This document shows, piece after piece, positions 27,142 to 36,440 of a stretch of DNA of 48,591 nucleotides (its first letter is position 1; every line of letters begins with the position of its first letter). Origin of the DNA: an uncultured Verrucomicrobiales bacterium. GTDB taxonomy: Bacteria; Verrucomicrobiota; Verrucomicrobiia; Verrucomicrobiales; DEV007. A model generated the notes under the pieces. It did not search any database, was not told the origin of the DNA, and was given only the letters and a program-made list of their open reading frames with translations. The position numbers and the translations under genes are program-made. Where the stretch lies: the NCBI GenBank assembly GCA_938091905.1, contig CALKOM010000012.1:1-48591 (forward strand), given 5' to 3'.

Positions 27142-28713
27142 ATGAAGCCCGCACATTCCAGTAATTCTGTTGATGTTCTGATTCTCGGGGGCTCTCTCTC
27201 TGGAGCATCACTGGGGCTACTGCTCAAACGAGAGAATCCTGAGTGGTCGGTGGTGGTCGTTGAAAAAGGCGCTGCCTTTAAGCGTCGTGTGGGCGAGTCT
27301 ACGTCAGAGGTGGGAGGTTGTTATCTCACACGGGTCCTGCGTCTTGCGAGACATCTCTCGCAAGAGCACATTGTGAAGCACGGTCTGCGGCTTTGGTTTC
27401 AGAAAGAGGGGAACGAATGTCTCTCGCGCTGCGGCGAAATTGGTCCGTTCTTTCAAGCACGATTGCCGACCTACCAGTTAGACCGCGCCACGCTTGATCA
27501 GCATGTACTGGACATGGCTGAATCCGAGGGGTGCGATGTCGTCCGACCGGCGCGATCGACGGAGATCTTTCTGGGGGGTGAAGGAAAGAATCGAGTCATG
27601 GTGAAGACGGCGTCGGGCGAGGAGGGAATCTACCAGTGCAAATGGGTCATTGATGCTACTGGCAAGGCTGCAGTGATTGGTCGGCAGCGCGATACTTTGA
27701 GGCCGCTAACTAATCACGTGACCAAGTCACTCTGGGCACGATTTCGCGGTGTGAAAGACTTGGATGGCGCAGAGTTGGCTATGAAGTGCCCCGAGTTTGT
27801 GGCTTCTTGCAGTGTTTCGCGTAGTTCGGCTACGAATCACCTCTTGGGGCGTGGTTGGTGGTGCTGGCTCATTCCATTAAAGAATGGCGATGTTAGTGCG
27901 GGGGTGACTTATGATCCCCGCTACTTCAATTTGGAACGTCGAGGTAACTTGTCAGACACATTGCTTGCGCATCTTCGAGAGCATCCGGTTGGCAAGTGGA
28001 TGTTTGAGGGAGCCGAGGTTGTTCCCAAAGACACGCTCACCTACACCCAGCTAGCCTATGAGAATACCGAAGTCGCAGGTGATGGCTGGGCAAGCGTTGG
28101 CGATGCGGCTGGCTTTATGGATCCTTTATACAGTCATGGGATCGACTTTATCGGTCATACCGTGATGACGGTGAAAGCGTTTATTGCCAAATCACTGAGA
28201 GGGGAGGATGCCAGTATGGACTGGCAGAACTACCAGCGTGGATACCAACAAAGTTATCGTCGGTGGTTCGAGGCCCTGTATGAAGACAAATATGCCTATT
28301 TGGGTGACGCCGATCTCATGCGTGCGGCGTTCTTGTTAGATATCGGAGCCTACTTCATTGGGCCGGTTGACTTTGTCTATCGAAATACCGAGCTAGAGTT
28401 TTCGCGCATGCCCTATCATGGTCCTGTTGGCGGAGTGATTGCGAAGATGATGCGGTTCTATAATAGGCGCCTGGTGAAGCTGGCTGATCTTCGACAATCG
28501 GTTGGGCTCTATGGAGCGAACAACCTCGACAACCGCTACCTAGTGAATCCTGGATTCTCCCCAGGTGTGGCCGCCTTGAAACCCTTTTCCAAAGGTCTTT
28601 GGGCCTGGTGGAAATGTGAGCTTCAGGGGGTACGCCATCGATTTCTACCCTGGCAAGCAGAGAGCACTGAGTCGGCTTCCACTGGTGCGAGGGAAATTTC
28701 CTCAACTCTTTAA
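27142..28713 (+). CDS. Flavin-dependent halogenase-family oxidoreductase
   Basis: FAD motif DVLILGGSLSG, VGEST, a putative catalytic Lys in IVKHG, LDRATLD, WCWLIP (WxWxIP), GDAAGFMDPLYSHG. Confidence 0.85.
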   Translation: MKPAHSSNSVDVLILGGSLSGASLGLLLKRENPEWSVVVVEKGAAFKRRVGESTSEVGGCYLTRVLRLARHLSQEHIVKHGLRLWFQKEGNECLSRCGEIGPFFQARLPTYQLDRATLDQHVLDMAESEGCDVVRPARSTEIFLGGEGKNRVMVKTASGEEGIYQCKWVIDATGKAAVIGRQRDTLRPLTNHVTKSLWARFRGVKDLDGAELAMKCPEFVASCSVSRSSATNHLLGRGWWCWLIPLKNGDVSAGVTYDPRYFNLERRGNLSDTLLAHLREHPVGKWMFEGAEVVPKDTLTYTQLAYENTEVAGDGWASVGDAAGFMDPLYSHGIDFIGHTVMTVKAFIAKSLRGEDASMDWQNYQRGYQQSYRRWFEALYEDKYAYLGDADLMRAAFLLDIGAYFIGPVDFVYRNTELEFSRMPYHGPVGGVIAKMMRFYNRRLVKLADLRQSVGLYGANNLDNRYLVNPGFSPGVAALKPFSKGLWAWWKCELQGVRHRFLPWQAESTESASTGAREISSTL

Positions 28714-28753
28714 GAAACTTTCGGAAGGGAATCACGTTGTATGGAGTATCGCC

Positions 28754-29200
28754 ATGCCCGCCGAGCTATCCTCCTCACTTGCAAACGTCTCTTGCCCAGC
28801 GCTGGAGGACCTCGCGCTATTGAGAGACTTTGGGATTGAAGAGCGTCAGGCGCTTGTCAACGCAGGCTCGTCTGTCTTCATACCTCAGAAGAGCGAAGTA
28901 ATCGCCGAGGGCTCATCCCACGAGACACTCTTCGTCGTGTTGTCGGGAAAGTTTCTCGTGGAACGCCATGGCGTTGTCGTGGCTGAGTTGGGCGTAGGAC
29001 AAGTCTGCGGTGAAATGGAAATGTTGAATCCTCCTCAAGCTTCAGCGAGTGTCCGCGCGCTCACGGACGCGACTATTTGGAGAATCACGCGCACTCAGTT
29101 TCGTAGATTTCTGGAAGCGTCCCCTCAAGCTGGCAATCGGTTTATGCGTCTCATCACAGAGACCTTTGCGGCGCGTCTGAGTGAGGATCAGATTCAGTAG
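28754..29200 (+). CDS. Stand-alone cyclic-nucleotide-binding domain protein
   Basis: VIAEG..LFVVLSG..GQVCGEM..ASASVRA. No HTH. Probable start ATG 28754. Confidence 0.85.
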   Translation: MPAELSSSLANVSCPALEDLALLRDFGIEERQALVNAGSSVFIPQKSEVIAEGSSHETLFVVLSGKFLVERHGVVVAELGVGQVCGEMEMLNPPQASASVRALTDATIWRITRTQFRRFLEASPQAGNRFMRLITETFAARLSEDQIQ

Positions 29201-30723
29201 TCAATTGTCGGTAAGCTTGTGTCAAACTTCTGGAGACGCTGACACTCTTCGAGAAGCCAGCGTGGCTTCATGAACGGCTCGTGCCCGACGTCGGTCCATT
29301 TTACGAGGCCGGATTTGCTAACAAAGAACGTGCCATGGATGGGGGCACGGTCGAACGGATCATACGCATCATAGGCACGGAAGATGGCTAGTTCTGGATC
29401 GGAGACGAGCGGAAATGGGAATGGGTCGTCGGCAAGATCGAGGGTCGCTTTGAGGCCTTTAGTAGAGTCTAGGCTGATCGCGACGACTTCGATGCCCGCG
29501 CTTCGAAAGGCTTGGGTTTCAGGAGCGAAGGCTTGCAACTGTTCGAGGCAGTGGACGCAACCTTTGCCGAGGTAGAAGATCAGCAGCACGTCCTTATTGA
29601 TAAAGTCGCTCGTGCGTACAGGCTCACCGCTGGTCATGGGGAGCTCCCAGGTGAGGCCAGCCCAGCCGTCAAAGGAGAGTTCATGGATCCAAGTAACGTC
29701 GCCGATGTTCTCAACTCGTCCCGTGGATCGCTCTGCCTTCAACAAGGTCGACAAGGCTTCTTCCAGTCGTGTGGAGGAAGGATGTCGCGGTAGAGATTTA
29801 AGGTGGTCGATCACAAGTTCGGCTTCTTTGTTATGACCTAGGGTCACGAGAAGGCGAGCCGTCTCAGATAGAGCACTTACATACCGTGGCCAGCGGGAAG
29901 GTAGCTGGCGGAGTAGGATAGCGTATTCGGCAAGAGTCGGAATGGCTTTCGCGAAGCAAAAGAGTGCTTCTTTGGGCTTTCCTAGCCTTACGAATCGATG
30001 GGCCTGAGCAAACTGCTCTGGCAGGAGCCCATTCATGGCTACAGGAACGAGTGAGTGCCAGCGTGGCTGATTGATGACGTAGGCTCGTATCGGATGGCTT
30101 GGCTGGTTGGTGAGGATCTCTTTCAGCAAGGATTCTATCTCGGCCGCGCCTGCGGCATCCGGAAAGTAACGATAGACCAAGGATGCAGCGACGTGAGCCT
30201 CTGGGTATTTAAGGTTGCTGTAAGTTTGTGATAGTGCCTTCCAGTCGGGATTACGTGTGTTAGACTTCAAGGCTTCCCGTAAGGGGACGATGAAACTTGC
30301 TTCTAGTTCTGACAGCGTTGCCTTGCTCGGGATTTCTTGAATGAACGTTCGTGCTCGATCGATGTCTGACAAGGAAGCCATTCCCAGTGCCCATAGAGCC
30401 ATGGCGCATTGCGGATCCTGATAGAGCGCATAGCGAAAGCTACGCACAGCTTCCTCTTTCCAGCCTGCTGCCAAGAGAGCCCAGCCTTGCCGAAAGAATG
30501 TCTGGGTGTCCTTCTTGGCGGTCGTGATGGGAAACTGAATGCCGTCGCCCCAACCCATATCGTAGGGCTCGACGAAGGGTCCTTTCTCAAACCAGAGATG
30601 CTGAGCCCAAGAATTGGGAATATCAGGTGGTGGGACGTATGCATGCTCATGCTGAGCCTTGGCCAAGGCAGCAAATAAAAGGCCTAGGAGAGCAATGATG
30701 AGTGCTGAACGAATGATCGGCAT
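29194..30723 (-). CDS. Exported TPR-like + AhpC/TSA (redoxin) fusion protein
   Basis: Signal peptide from ATG 30723, TPR-like EAVRSFRYALYQDPQCAMALWA, and C-terminal FYLGKGCVHCLEQL, VVAISLD, FPLVSDP, HGTFFV. Confidence 0.82.
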   Translation of the reverse strand: MPIIRSALIIALLGLLFAALAKAQHEHAYVPPPDIPNSWAQHLWFEKGPFVEPYDMGWGDGIQFPITTAKKDTQTFFRQGWALLAAGWKEEAVRSFRYALYQDPQCAMALWALGMASLSDIDRARTFIQEIPSKATLSELEASFIVPLREALKSNTRNPDWKALSQTYSNLKYPEAHVAASLVYRYFPDAAGAAEIESLLKEILTNQPSHPIRAYVINQPRWHSLVPVAMNGLLPEQFAQAHRFVRLGKPKEALFCFAKAIPTLAEYAILLRQLPSRWPRYVSALSETARLLVTLGHNKEAELVIDHLKSLPRHPSSTRLEEALSTLLKAERSTGRVENIGDVTWIHELSFDGWAGLTWELPMTSGEPVRTSDFINKDVLLIFYLGKGCVHCLEQLQAFAPETQAFRSAGIEVVAISLDSTKGLKATLDLADDPFPFPLVSDPELAIFRAYDAYDPFDRAPIHGTFFVSKSGLVKWTDVGHEPFMKPRWLLEECQRLQKFDTSLPTIDY

Positions 30724-30822
30724 GAGAAACACTACGTTTAAGAATTGCCAAACTTTCCAGAAAAGCAACTCCACGCTTTCCCTCCATTGATCGCGAGCGG
30801 CGATGCAGTAGCCTTTCCAGCA

Positions 30823-32475
30823 ATGCCGAAACCTGATCTCCCGCCCTGGTCTGATGAATTGATCGCCCTCTATGAGAGCAACGCCACGAATCAGTTCATT
30901 CTCCATGGGAATATCACGGACCAGTACGTCCTCCCACTTAAAGATGGGCCTCGATTGGGCAATCTCACCGATTACTTGGTCGAAGTGCTCTTGCAGAGCT
31001 TCGATGTTGTCCTCAGCTATGATCTTGGAAATGGCATTCGCGTTTTAAAAGGCGGTGAGACGTTGATGGAATGGCCCAGCTACAAGGAGAGGCAACCGTT
31101 CTCCAAGCGACCTCGGGAAGCTCTCGAGATCCTTACACATTACTTTCGCTACTGTGCCAATCTTCGCCAAGCAGGCGGGCAGAATATCAAGGTGACGGTG
31201 ATTCTGAAAAGCAGTCATCTGATCGTGCCGAATCTGGGAACTGCCGTGAACAACGATGTTCACGCCATGGCGCTGTTGATCCGCGAGTGGGCGTCGGAAA
31301 CGTCACTGACAGAACATTCGTTTGCTTGTTTCCTGCTGACCGAGAATTTGAATGATCTTCATGCGCTAGTCGTGCATCATCCGCGTAGTGCCCATCTGAA
31401 GGTTCCGCTGCCGGACAACGAGGATTTGGCGGCTTATTTCAAGCTTAAGGGCGACCAGTTTCCGATCGCGCTGAAGCCTTATGAGAAGGATATGAGCGAG
31501 CCCGCGAGACAGATGACCGGGGCGACGCTGAGTGCTGTTGCTGGGTTGCTCAAGCAGCAGGAGTATCTCAAGAAGACGATTCAGCCCAATGATCTTTCAG
31601 AGTTTAAGAAATCGTTAGTTGAGAAGGAATGTGCAGGGCTGATCGAATTTGTGGAGCCCAGTCGCACGTTGGATGACTTCCATGGTCAAGAGCCTGTGAA
31701 GAAGTGGGTTCGTCAGGATATTAAACTCTGGCAGAAAGGAGATCACCAGGCCATGCCGATGGGTTACTTGGTGTGCGGGCCTGTGGGCACAGGGAAGAGC
31801 TACATGGTCGAGTGCCTGGCAGGTGAAGCAGGTGTGCCTGTGGTGAAGTTGAAAAACTTTCGTGACAAGTGGGTAGGGAGTACCGAGAGCAACCTAGAGA
31901 AGATCTTTCGTCTGCTACAAGCGTTAGGCCGTTGTGTCGTCTTTATTGATGAAGCGGACCAGGCCATGGGCAAGCGATCTGGACAGTCCGGTGATAGCGG
32001 TGGCGTCTCTGGAAGGGTCTACTCCATGATGGCTACTGAAATGAGCCGATCGAGCAATCGAGGGAAGATTCTTTGGATTCTCGCGTCAAGCCGACCGGAT
32101 TTGATTGAAGTAGATTTGAAACGTCCTGGCCGTGTGGATGTAAAAATACCATTGTTTCCAGAATACACGCCGGAAGGGGCCTACGGACTGATCCGTATCT
32201 TGTGCAAGAAATATGGGCTCGGGCTGCCGAAAGAGATGCCACGAGATCTCCTTGGAGCTATTCCTGACCTCGTGACGCCCGGGGCGGCTGAGTCGCTGGC
32301 AGTCAGGGTCTACCGCCAAGTGAAGACTCATGAATTGGAGCCCATTGATGCCCTGAGGGACCTACTTGAGGATTATCAGAGTCCCGTGCCAGAGAAGATC
32401 ATGGCTTTTCAGATCCAGCTTGCGGTGGATGAGGCTAGCGATCTCTCGTTTGTCCCACAGAAATTCATGAGTTGA
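30823..32475 (+). CDS. AAA+ ATPase with a degenerate N-terminal AAA-like domain
   Basis: Walker A GPVGTGKS, pore loop KWVG, Walker B FIDEAD, SRH SSRPD..LKRPGR. N-terminal FILHGN. Probable start ATG 30823. Confidence 0.9.
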   Translation: MPKPDLPPWSDELIALYESNATNQFILHGNITDQYVLPLKDGPRLGNLTDYLVEVLLQSFDVVLSYDLGNGIRVLKGGETLMEWPSYKERQPFSKRPREALEILTHYFRYCANLRQAGGQNIKVTVILKSSHLIVPNLGTAVNNDVHAMALLIREWASETSLTEHSFACFLLTENLNDLHALVVHHPRSAHLKVPLPDNEDLAAYFKLKGDQFPIALKPYEKDMSEPARQMTGATLSAVAGLLKQQEYLKKTIQPNDLSEFKKSLVEKECAGLIEFVEPSRTLDDFHGQEPVKKWVRQDIKLWQKGDHQAMPMGYLVCGPVGTGKSYMVECLAGEAGVPVVKLKNFRDKWVGSTESNLEKIFRLLQALGRCVVFIDEADQAMGKRSGQSGDSGGVSGRVYSMMATEMSRSSNRGKILWILASSRPDLIEVDLKRPGRVDVKIPLFPEYTPEGAYGLIRILCKKYGLGLPKEMPRDLLGAIPDLVTPGAAESLAVRVYRQVKTHELEPIDALRDLLEDYQSPVPEKIMAFQIQLAVDEASDLSFVPQKFMS

Positions 32476-32551
32476 CCGTTGGAAAGCCCTCTGTTAAATC
32501 CGCGACCGCAGGGGGTGCCACCCTGTACCTTCCCATATGGTTATCCTTATT

Positions 32552-33076
32552 ATGAAGCGTCCCGTAGTATATGTCGTCGCTGCACTCGTCGCCTTCAGCT
32601 TTGCCAGCTGTAGCTCCATCGGAGTGAAAGAAGGAAGCAAGTGGGATCGGACCTCGATCACCTCGAGCAGCAAGAAGGGGACTCGCGAGGTTCGCACGAC
32701 GGCTTACACTCACACGGAGGCGGACCACATCGTTTATTCGAACAAGACAGCGATCGGCACGCGTTTGAAATACTACTCAGGGGTCCGCAGCGCAGCTTCT
32801 GATTGGTCCAAGTATCCTGTAGGCACGCGATTTCAGATTGAAGGCCAGCCCGGTGTGACTTACGAGATCGACGATTATGGTAGTGCGCTGGTCGGTAAAA
32901 ACACGATCGATCTTTACAAGCCGAGCCGTGCTAAAATGAATGCCTGGGGGGCTCGCAACGTCCGAATCAAAGTTCTCAAATGGGGCAGCTATGAGCGCTC
33001 TAAGGATATTTTGAAGGATCGGACGAAGCACAGGCACGTCCGTAAGATGTACGACGCGATAAACGATAAGGCTTAG
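32552..33076 (+). CDS. 3D-domain (MltA-like, peptidoglycan-related) lipoprotein
   Basis: Lipobox FASC, TTAY, AASDW..PVGT, DDYGSA, IDLY (three conserved Asp). Confidence 0.85.
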   Translation: MKRPVVYVVAALVAFSFASCSSIGVKEGSKWDRTSITSSSKKGTREVRTTAYTHTEADHIVYSNKTAIGTRLKYYSGVRSAASDWSKYPVGTRFQIEGQPGVTYEIDDYGSALVGKNTIDLYKPSRAKMNAWGARNVRIKVLKWGSYERSKDILKDRTKHRHVRKMYDAINDKA

Positions 33077-33089
33077 CTCCTCCGTTACC

Positions 33090-33743
33090 ATGCTCAAACA
33101 AGAGCGCGCTGATTATATTCGAGTCAGGCTCGAAGCGCTCTATCCGGAGACGCCTGTTCCGTTGGATCACAAAGATCCGTACACGCTCTTGGTGGCGGTA
33201 CTTCTTTCGGCCCAGTGCACTGATGTGCGGGTGAATCAGGTAACACCGGCTCTATTCGCCTTGGCTGATGAACCTCAAACCATGGCCAAGGTTCCGGTGC
33301 CTGCGATCCAGGAAATCGTCCGTCCCTGTGGCTTGGCGCCACGCAAGGCGAAGGCGATTCGTGATCTCTCAGAAATCTTGGTGAGAGAGCATAATGCAGA
33401 GGTACCGCAAAACCTGGAAGCACTCGAGGCTCTCCCAGGTGTTGGTCACAAGACAGCTTCCGTCGTCATGTCTCAAGCTTTTGGTGTCCCTGCATTTCCT
33501 GTAGACACTCACATTCATCGGTTAGCTCAACGGTGGGGCCTCACCAAAGGAAAGAATGTGGTCCAAACCGAGGCTGATTTAAAGAAGGTCTTCCCGAGAG
33601 GGTCTTGGAACAAGCTTCACCTCCAGATCATCTTCTATGGCCGGGAATACTGCACGGCACGGGGCTGCGACGGGACGGTTTGCGAAATCTGTCAGACTTG
33701 TTACCCCAATCGGAAGAATCCAGTTTTGACGAAGAAGCCCTAA
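33090..33743 (+). CDS. nth: Endonuclease III
   Basis: LLSAQCTD, HhH LPGVGHKTA, VDTHIHR, and a C-terminal Cys cluster. Confidence 0.95.
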   Translation: MLKQERADYIRVRLEALYPETPVPLDHKDPYTLLVAVLLSAQCTDVRVNQVTPALFALADEPQTMAKVPVPAIQEIVRPCGLAPRKAKAIRDLSEILVREHNAEVPQNLEALEALPGVGHKTASVVMSQAFGVPAFPVDTHIHRLAQRWGLTKGKNVVQTEADLKKVFPRGSWNKLHLQIIFYGREYCTARGCDGTVCEICQTCYPNRKNPVLTKKP

Positions 33744-35182
33744 GGGTTTTCCCAAGGAAGTACAGGCCGCTGCCGTTTCAGGGGGTCGGTGTGCGAGGGC
33801 AGAAGCAGCGCCGCCAAAGTAAGACCGATGGCGCAGACCACAAAACTGAGCTGGTGAAGGGTGCGATTCGTCCACGGTTCCCAAGGCCACGGATAGCGGA
33901 AGAATCCCGTGTTGAGTAGGAGATAGGTCCAGACGGCGAGGAGAAGAGACCAACGGAGAAATGGGTGAGCGTGGTCATTGGGGCGCTGAGCGTGGTGGCA
34001 GGCAAACGTAAAGAGAAATATGAGTGGAATGATTAGATAGATACACGCAGCGGCCATGGGTGGCAGAACATCTTCGCGAAGACCAAGTTCCCGAAACGTC
34101 TTTCCGGCAATGGGAATGGCCACCACGGGAAGGACAAATAGATAGGGCCACCAGCGCCCGGCCATGATTCCGAGAATAGGAAGAATGCCCATGGTGATGG
34201 CAGGATCAGCGAATCGATCGAGCTTTTCGATGGAGAGGAAATTCCAAGAAACCAGAACCGCAATGTGTAGGGCCAATAACCCGGCTTCTAACCAAGGCGT
34301 TAGGGTTATTTCAGGAGTATTATTACTTGGTTTCAGATGATGCTGATTTCGCCAAAGCCCCCATGCAAGGATTGACCCGAAGAGAAAGCCAAAGGTAGTT
34401 TCCATCAAATTCCACCAGTTGATGTGAGCTGCGATCGGGCTAAGAAAGCCATCATCGAAGAATGAAGGGAACCATGCATGGGCCGCTTGCACGCACTGAC
34501 CACCAGCGAATCCAATGCCGCCGGCGAGAAATCCCCAAAGCGTGAGTTGCCTGGCCAAGGTATCGCGTTTGCGAAGCGCGACATAGGTGAACATCCCTAA
34601 TAGGGCGACCAGGAGCCCTCCCCAACATTCTCGGCGTGGCTTGAGCTCGCTGTCAGGCTCCCATCGCCAATGATCAGAGAAGTAGAACCGAGGGAGAAGT
34701 CGGGCGTCTGGATCGAATGGGCGGTTGATCAGTTGTTGCCCAACTAACAAGAGCACGGTGGCTCCGCATAGGAGTGCGGTGAGTTCCCAAGCTGTGTAGC
34801 GTTTGTCGGTTAGCCCGATCCCCAGGAAGAGCCCTGCGAATCCAATCCAGATTCCGCCCTTAAGAAAGAGCCCCAGTAGGCCCCAGGCGAGGGCGGCATG
34901 ATTCCCGATCAACGGAGCATCGTGGGTTAAGCCGACCGTTTGCCCGTAGGTCATCGATCCTCCGAAGGAGACGCCCAACGTCATCAAGGCAACCGCTCGA
35001 GCTGCCTGGAGGGATTGGAGACGTGGGCAGAAGAGGAAGACGAGCACCAGGGCTACCAGCACGCCAGCGATCATGGCCCCCGTCTCGTGACCATACTGCC
35101 CGCGAATGCCCCAGCCCATGGCGCCTGCAAATCCGCTCAGCAGGAGGATGAGGTAACATGGTGGTGAGGAGCGTCGAGGCAT
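33740..35182 (-). CDS. Polytopic membrane protein of unknown function
   Basis: 480 aa with about 12 or more hydrophobic segments. Motifs GWGIRGQYGHETGAM, GGSMTYGQT, NWWNLME. Confidence 0.8.
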   Translation of the reverse strand: MPRRSSPPCYLILLLSGFAGAMGWGIRGQYGHETGAMIAGVLVALVLVFLFCPRLQSLQAARAVALMTLGVSFGGSMTYGQTVGLTHDAPLIGNHAALAWGLLGLFLKGGIWIGFAGLFLGIGLTDKRYTAWELTALLCGATVLLLVGQQLINRPFDPDARLLPRFYFSDHWRWEPDSELKPRRECWGGLLVALLGMFTYVALRKRDTLARQLTLWGFLAGGIGFAGGQCVQAAHAWFPSFFDDGFLSPIAAHINWWNLMETTFGFLFGSILAWGLWRNQHHLKPSNNTPEITLTPWLEAGLLALHIAVLVSWNFLSIEKLDRFADPAITMGILPILGIMAGRWWPYLFVLPVVAIPIAGKTFRELGLREDVLPPMAAACIYLIIPLIFLFTFACHHAQRPNDHAHPFLRWSLLLAVWTYLLLNTGFFRYPWPWEPWTNRTLHQLSFVVCAIGLTLAALLLPSHTDPLKRQRPVLPWENP

Positions 35183-35277
35183 CCCACGACTCTAAGCCAA
35201 TGCAGCCGGGGAAGGTCCACCTTTTAAGTCGACTTTTGATTCTTCGGTTCGACCCTCTCGGAAGACCCTCCGCGCTC

Positions 35278-35410
35278 CTATGGCTGTTCTCCTTTCATCT
35301 GACAAGCCGCCAGCTGTTGTCACTCATTGATGAGCAAGTGGTCTGAGATTCTCCGCGGCCTGCGGCTCGCCGTCGTCGATCACCTGCAAGAATGGAGTCA
35401 CCTCACTCAT
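35278..35410 (-). pseudogene. 5' remnant of a planctomycete-type ECF sigma factor (TIGR02999-like)
   Basis: Reads MSEVTPFLQVIDDGEPQAAENLRPL, then after a shift NE*QQLAACQMKGEQP*. This matches the family N-terminus MSDVT.IL..I..GD..AAE.LLPLVY.ELR.LAA..M..E.P. Confidence 0.65.
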
Positions 35411-35657
35411 AATTTTCGCTAAAGACTGGTTACCAATCCAGATCTATTATTGTTAGGAAATTGCTTTTGGTCCACGAAGCCAGATTCGATTGCTAGGGAT
35501 AGGAGGGGGGGGCAGGGTGAAACGTGCTTTAATGATGGGGAGATCGCTGGAAATCCGCCGTGTGGTCAACCTGGCCAGGGCTGAAAGGGGATAGATAGGC
35601 GCATTCAAGGGTCGATTTGGCCGTTTTCGAACACGACCAATCCGTCCCGCTGGATGG

Positions 35658-36416
35658 TGAAGTGGTTGCGCCAAACGGAGCCAGGTAGCTATTGAGAATT
35701 CGAAGGCTCGTCTGTGGTGTGCAATCCAAGTAAAACAGACGAAATAAAACGAAAGAGAAGACACCTGACGCCTGAGTTCAAAGCGTGCATTGCCATCGAA
35801 GCCTTTCAGGGAATCAAGACAATTAACGAGATCGCTCAGGCTAACGAGCTAGCTAAAGTCGACGAGGCCTGGTGCCCTGACATCACCTATATCCCCATGG
35901 CATTAATAGTCATCATGGATTATTAAATTCGAGCCGTGCTGAGCTGGGAATTGAGTAACACTGCGGATAGCGGTATGTGCTTGCGGGCACTGGCGAATGC
36001 GCCTGGAAGCGAGCGGCGGCCAATGATCTTCAACACAGGCCAGGGAATCCAGTTCACCAGCGCTGAGTGGACGAAAAAGATAGAGTCCAATGGGATCAGG
36101 GTGAGCATCAACGGCAAGGGACGCTGGATGGACAACGTGTTCAGGCTACGCCTGTGGCGAAGCCTGAAGGTTGAGAAGACGAGGCTATGGAGCTACGAAA
36201 TCATCCCCGAGTTGAAGGAGAATATTGACGAATGAATGGGCTACTATAACCACCAGCGAAAACATCAGCATCTGAACTACCAGACACCGTGGACAGTCTG
36301 CGGTTCTCAACTATGCCTAGCGGCATCAATGTCACCAGAATACGCCACCGGCGAGCCTAACGAACACTCTACAATAAAACAACGAAAAGACTGGCTCCGA
36401 AAAGGAGACCACTTCA
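35658..36416 (+). mobile_element. Internally deleted, decayed IS3-family element with both terminal inverted repeats
   Basis: IRL is TGAAGTGGTTGCGCCAAACGGAGCCAG (35658-35684). The reverse complement of IRR is TGAAGTGGTCTCCTTTTCGGAGCCAG (36391-36416). OrfA start RRHLTPEFKACIAIEA is fused to OrfB WCPDITYIPM..VLSWELSNT..GQGIQFTS..GKGRWMDN..YYNHQRKH, with internal stops. Confidence 0.88.
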
Positions 36417-36440
36417 GTCGCCGCCGTCCGGTGTGGAGTG

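Noticed and set aside
35505..35512. G8 homopolymer as a contingency locus
   Set aside because: It lies in decayed intergenic DNA with no intact gene or promoter to switch.
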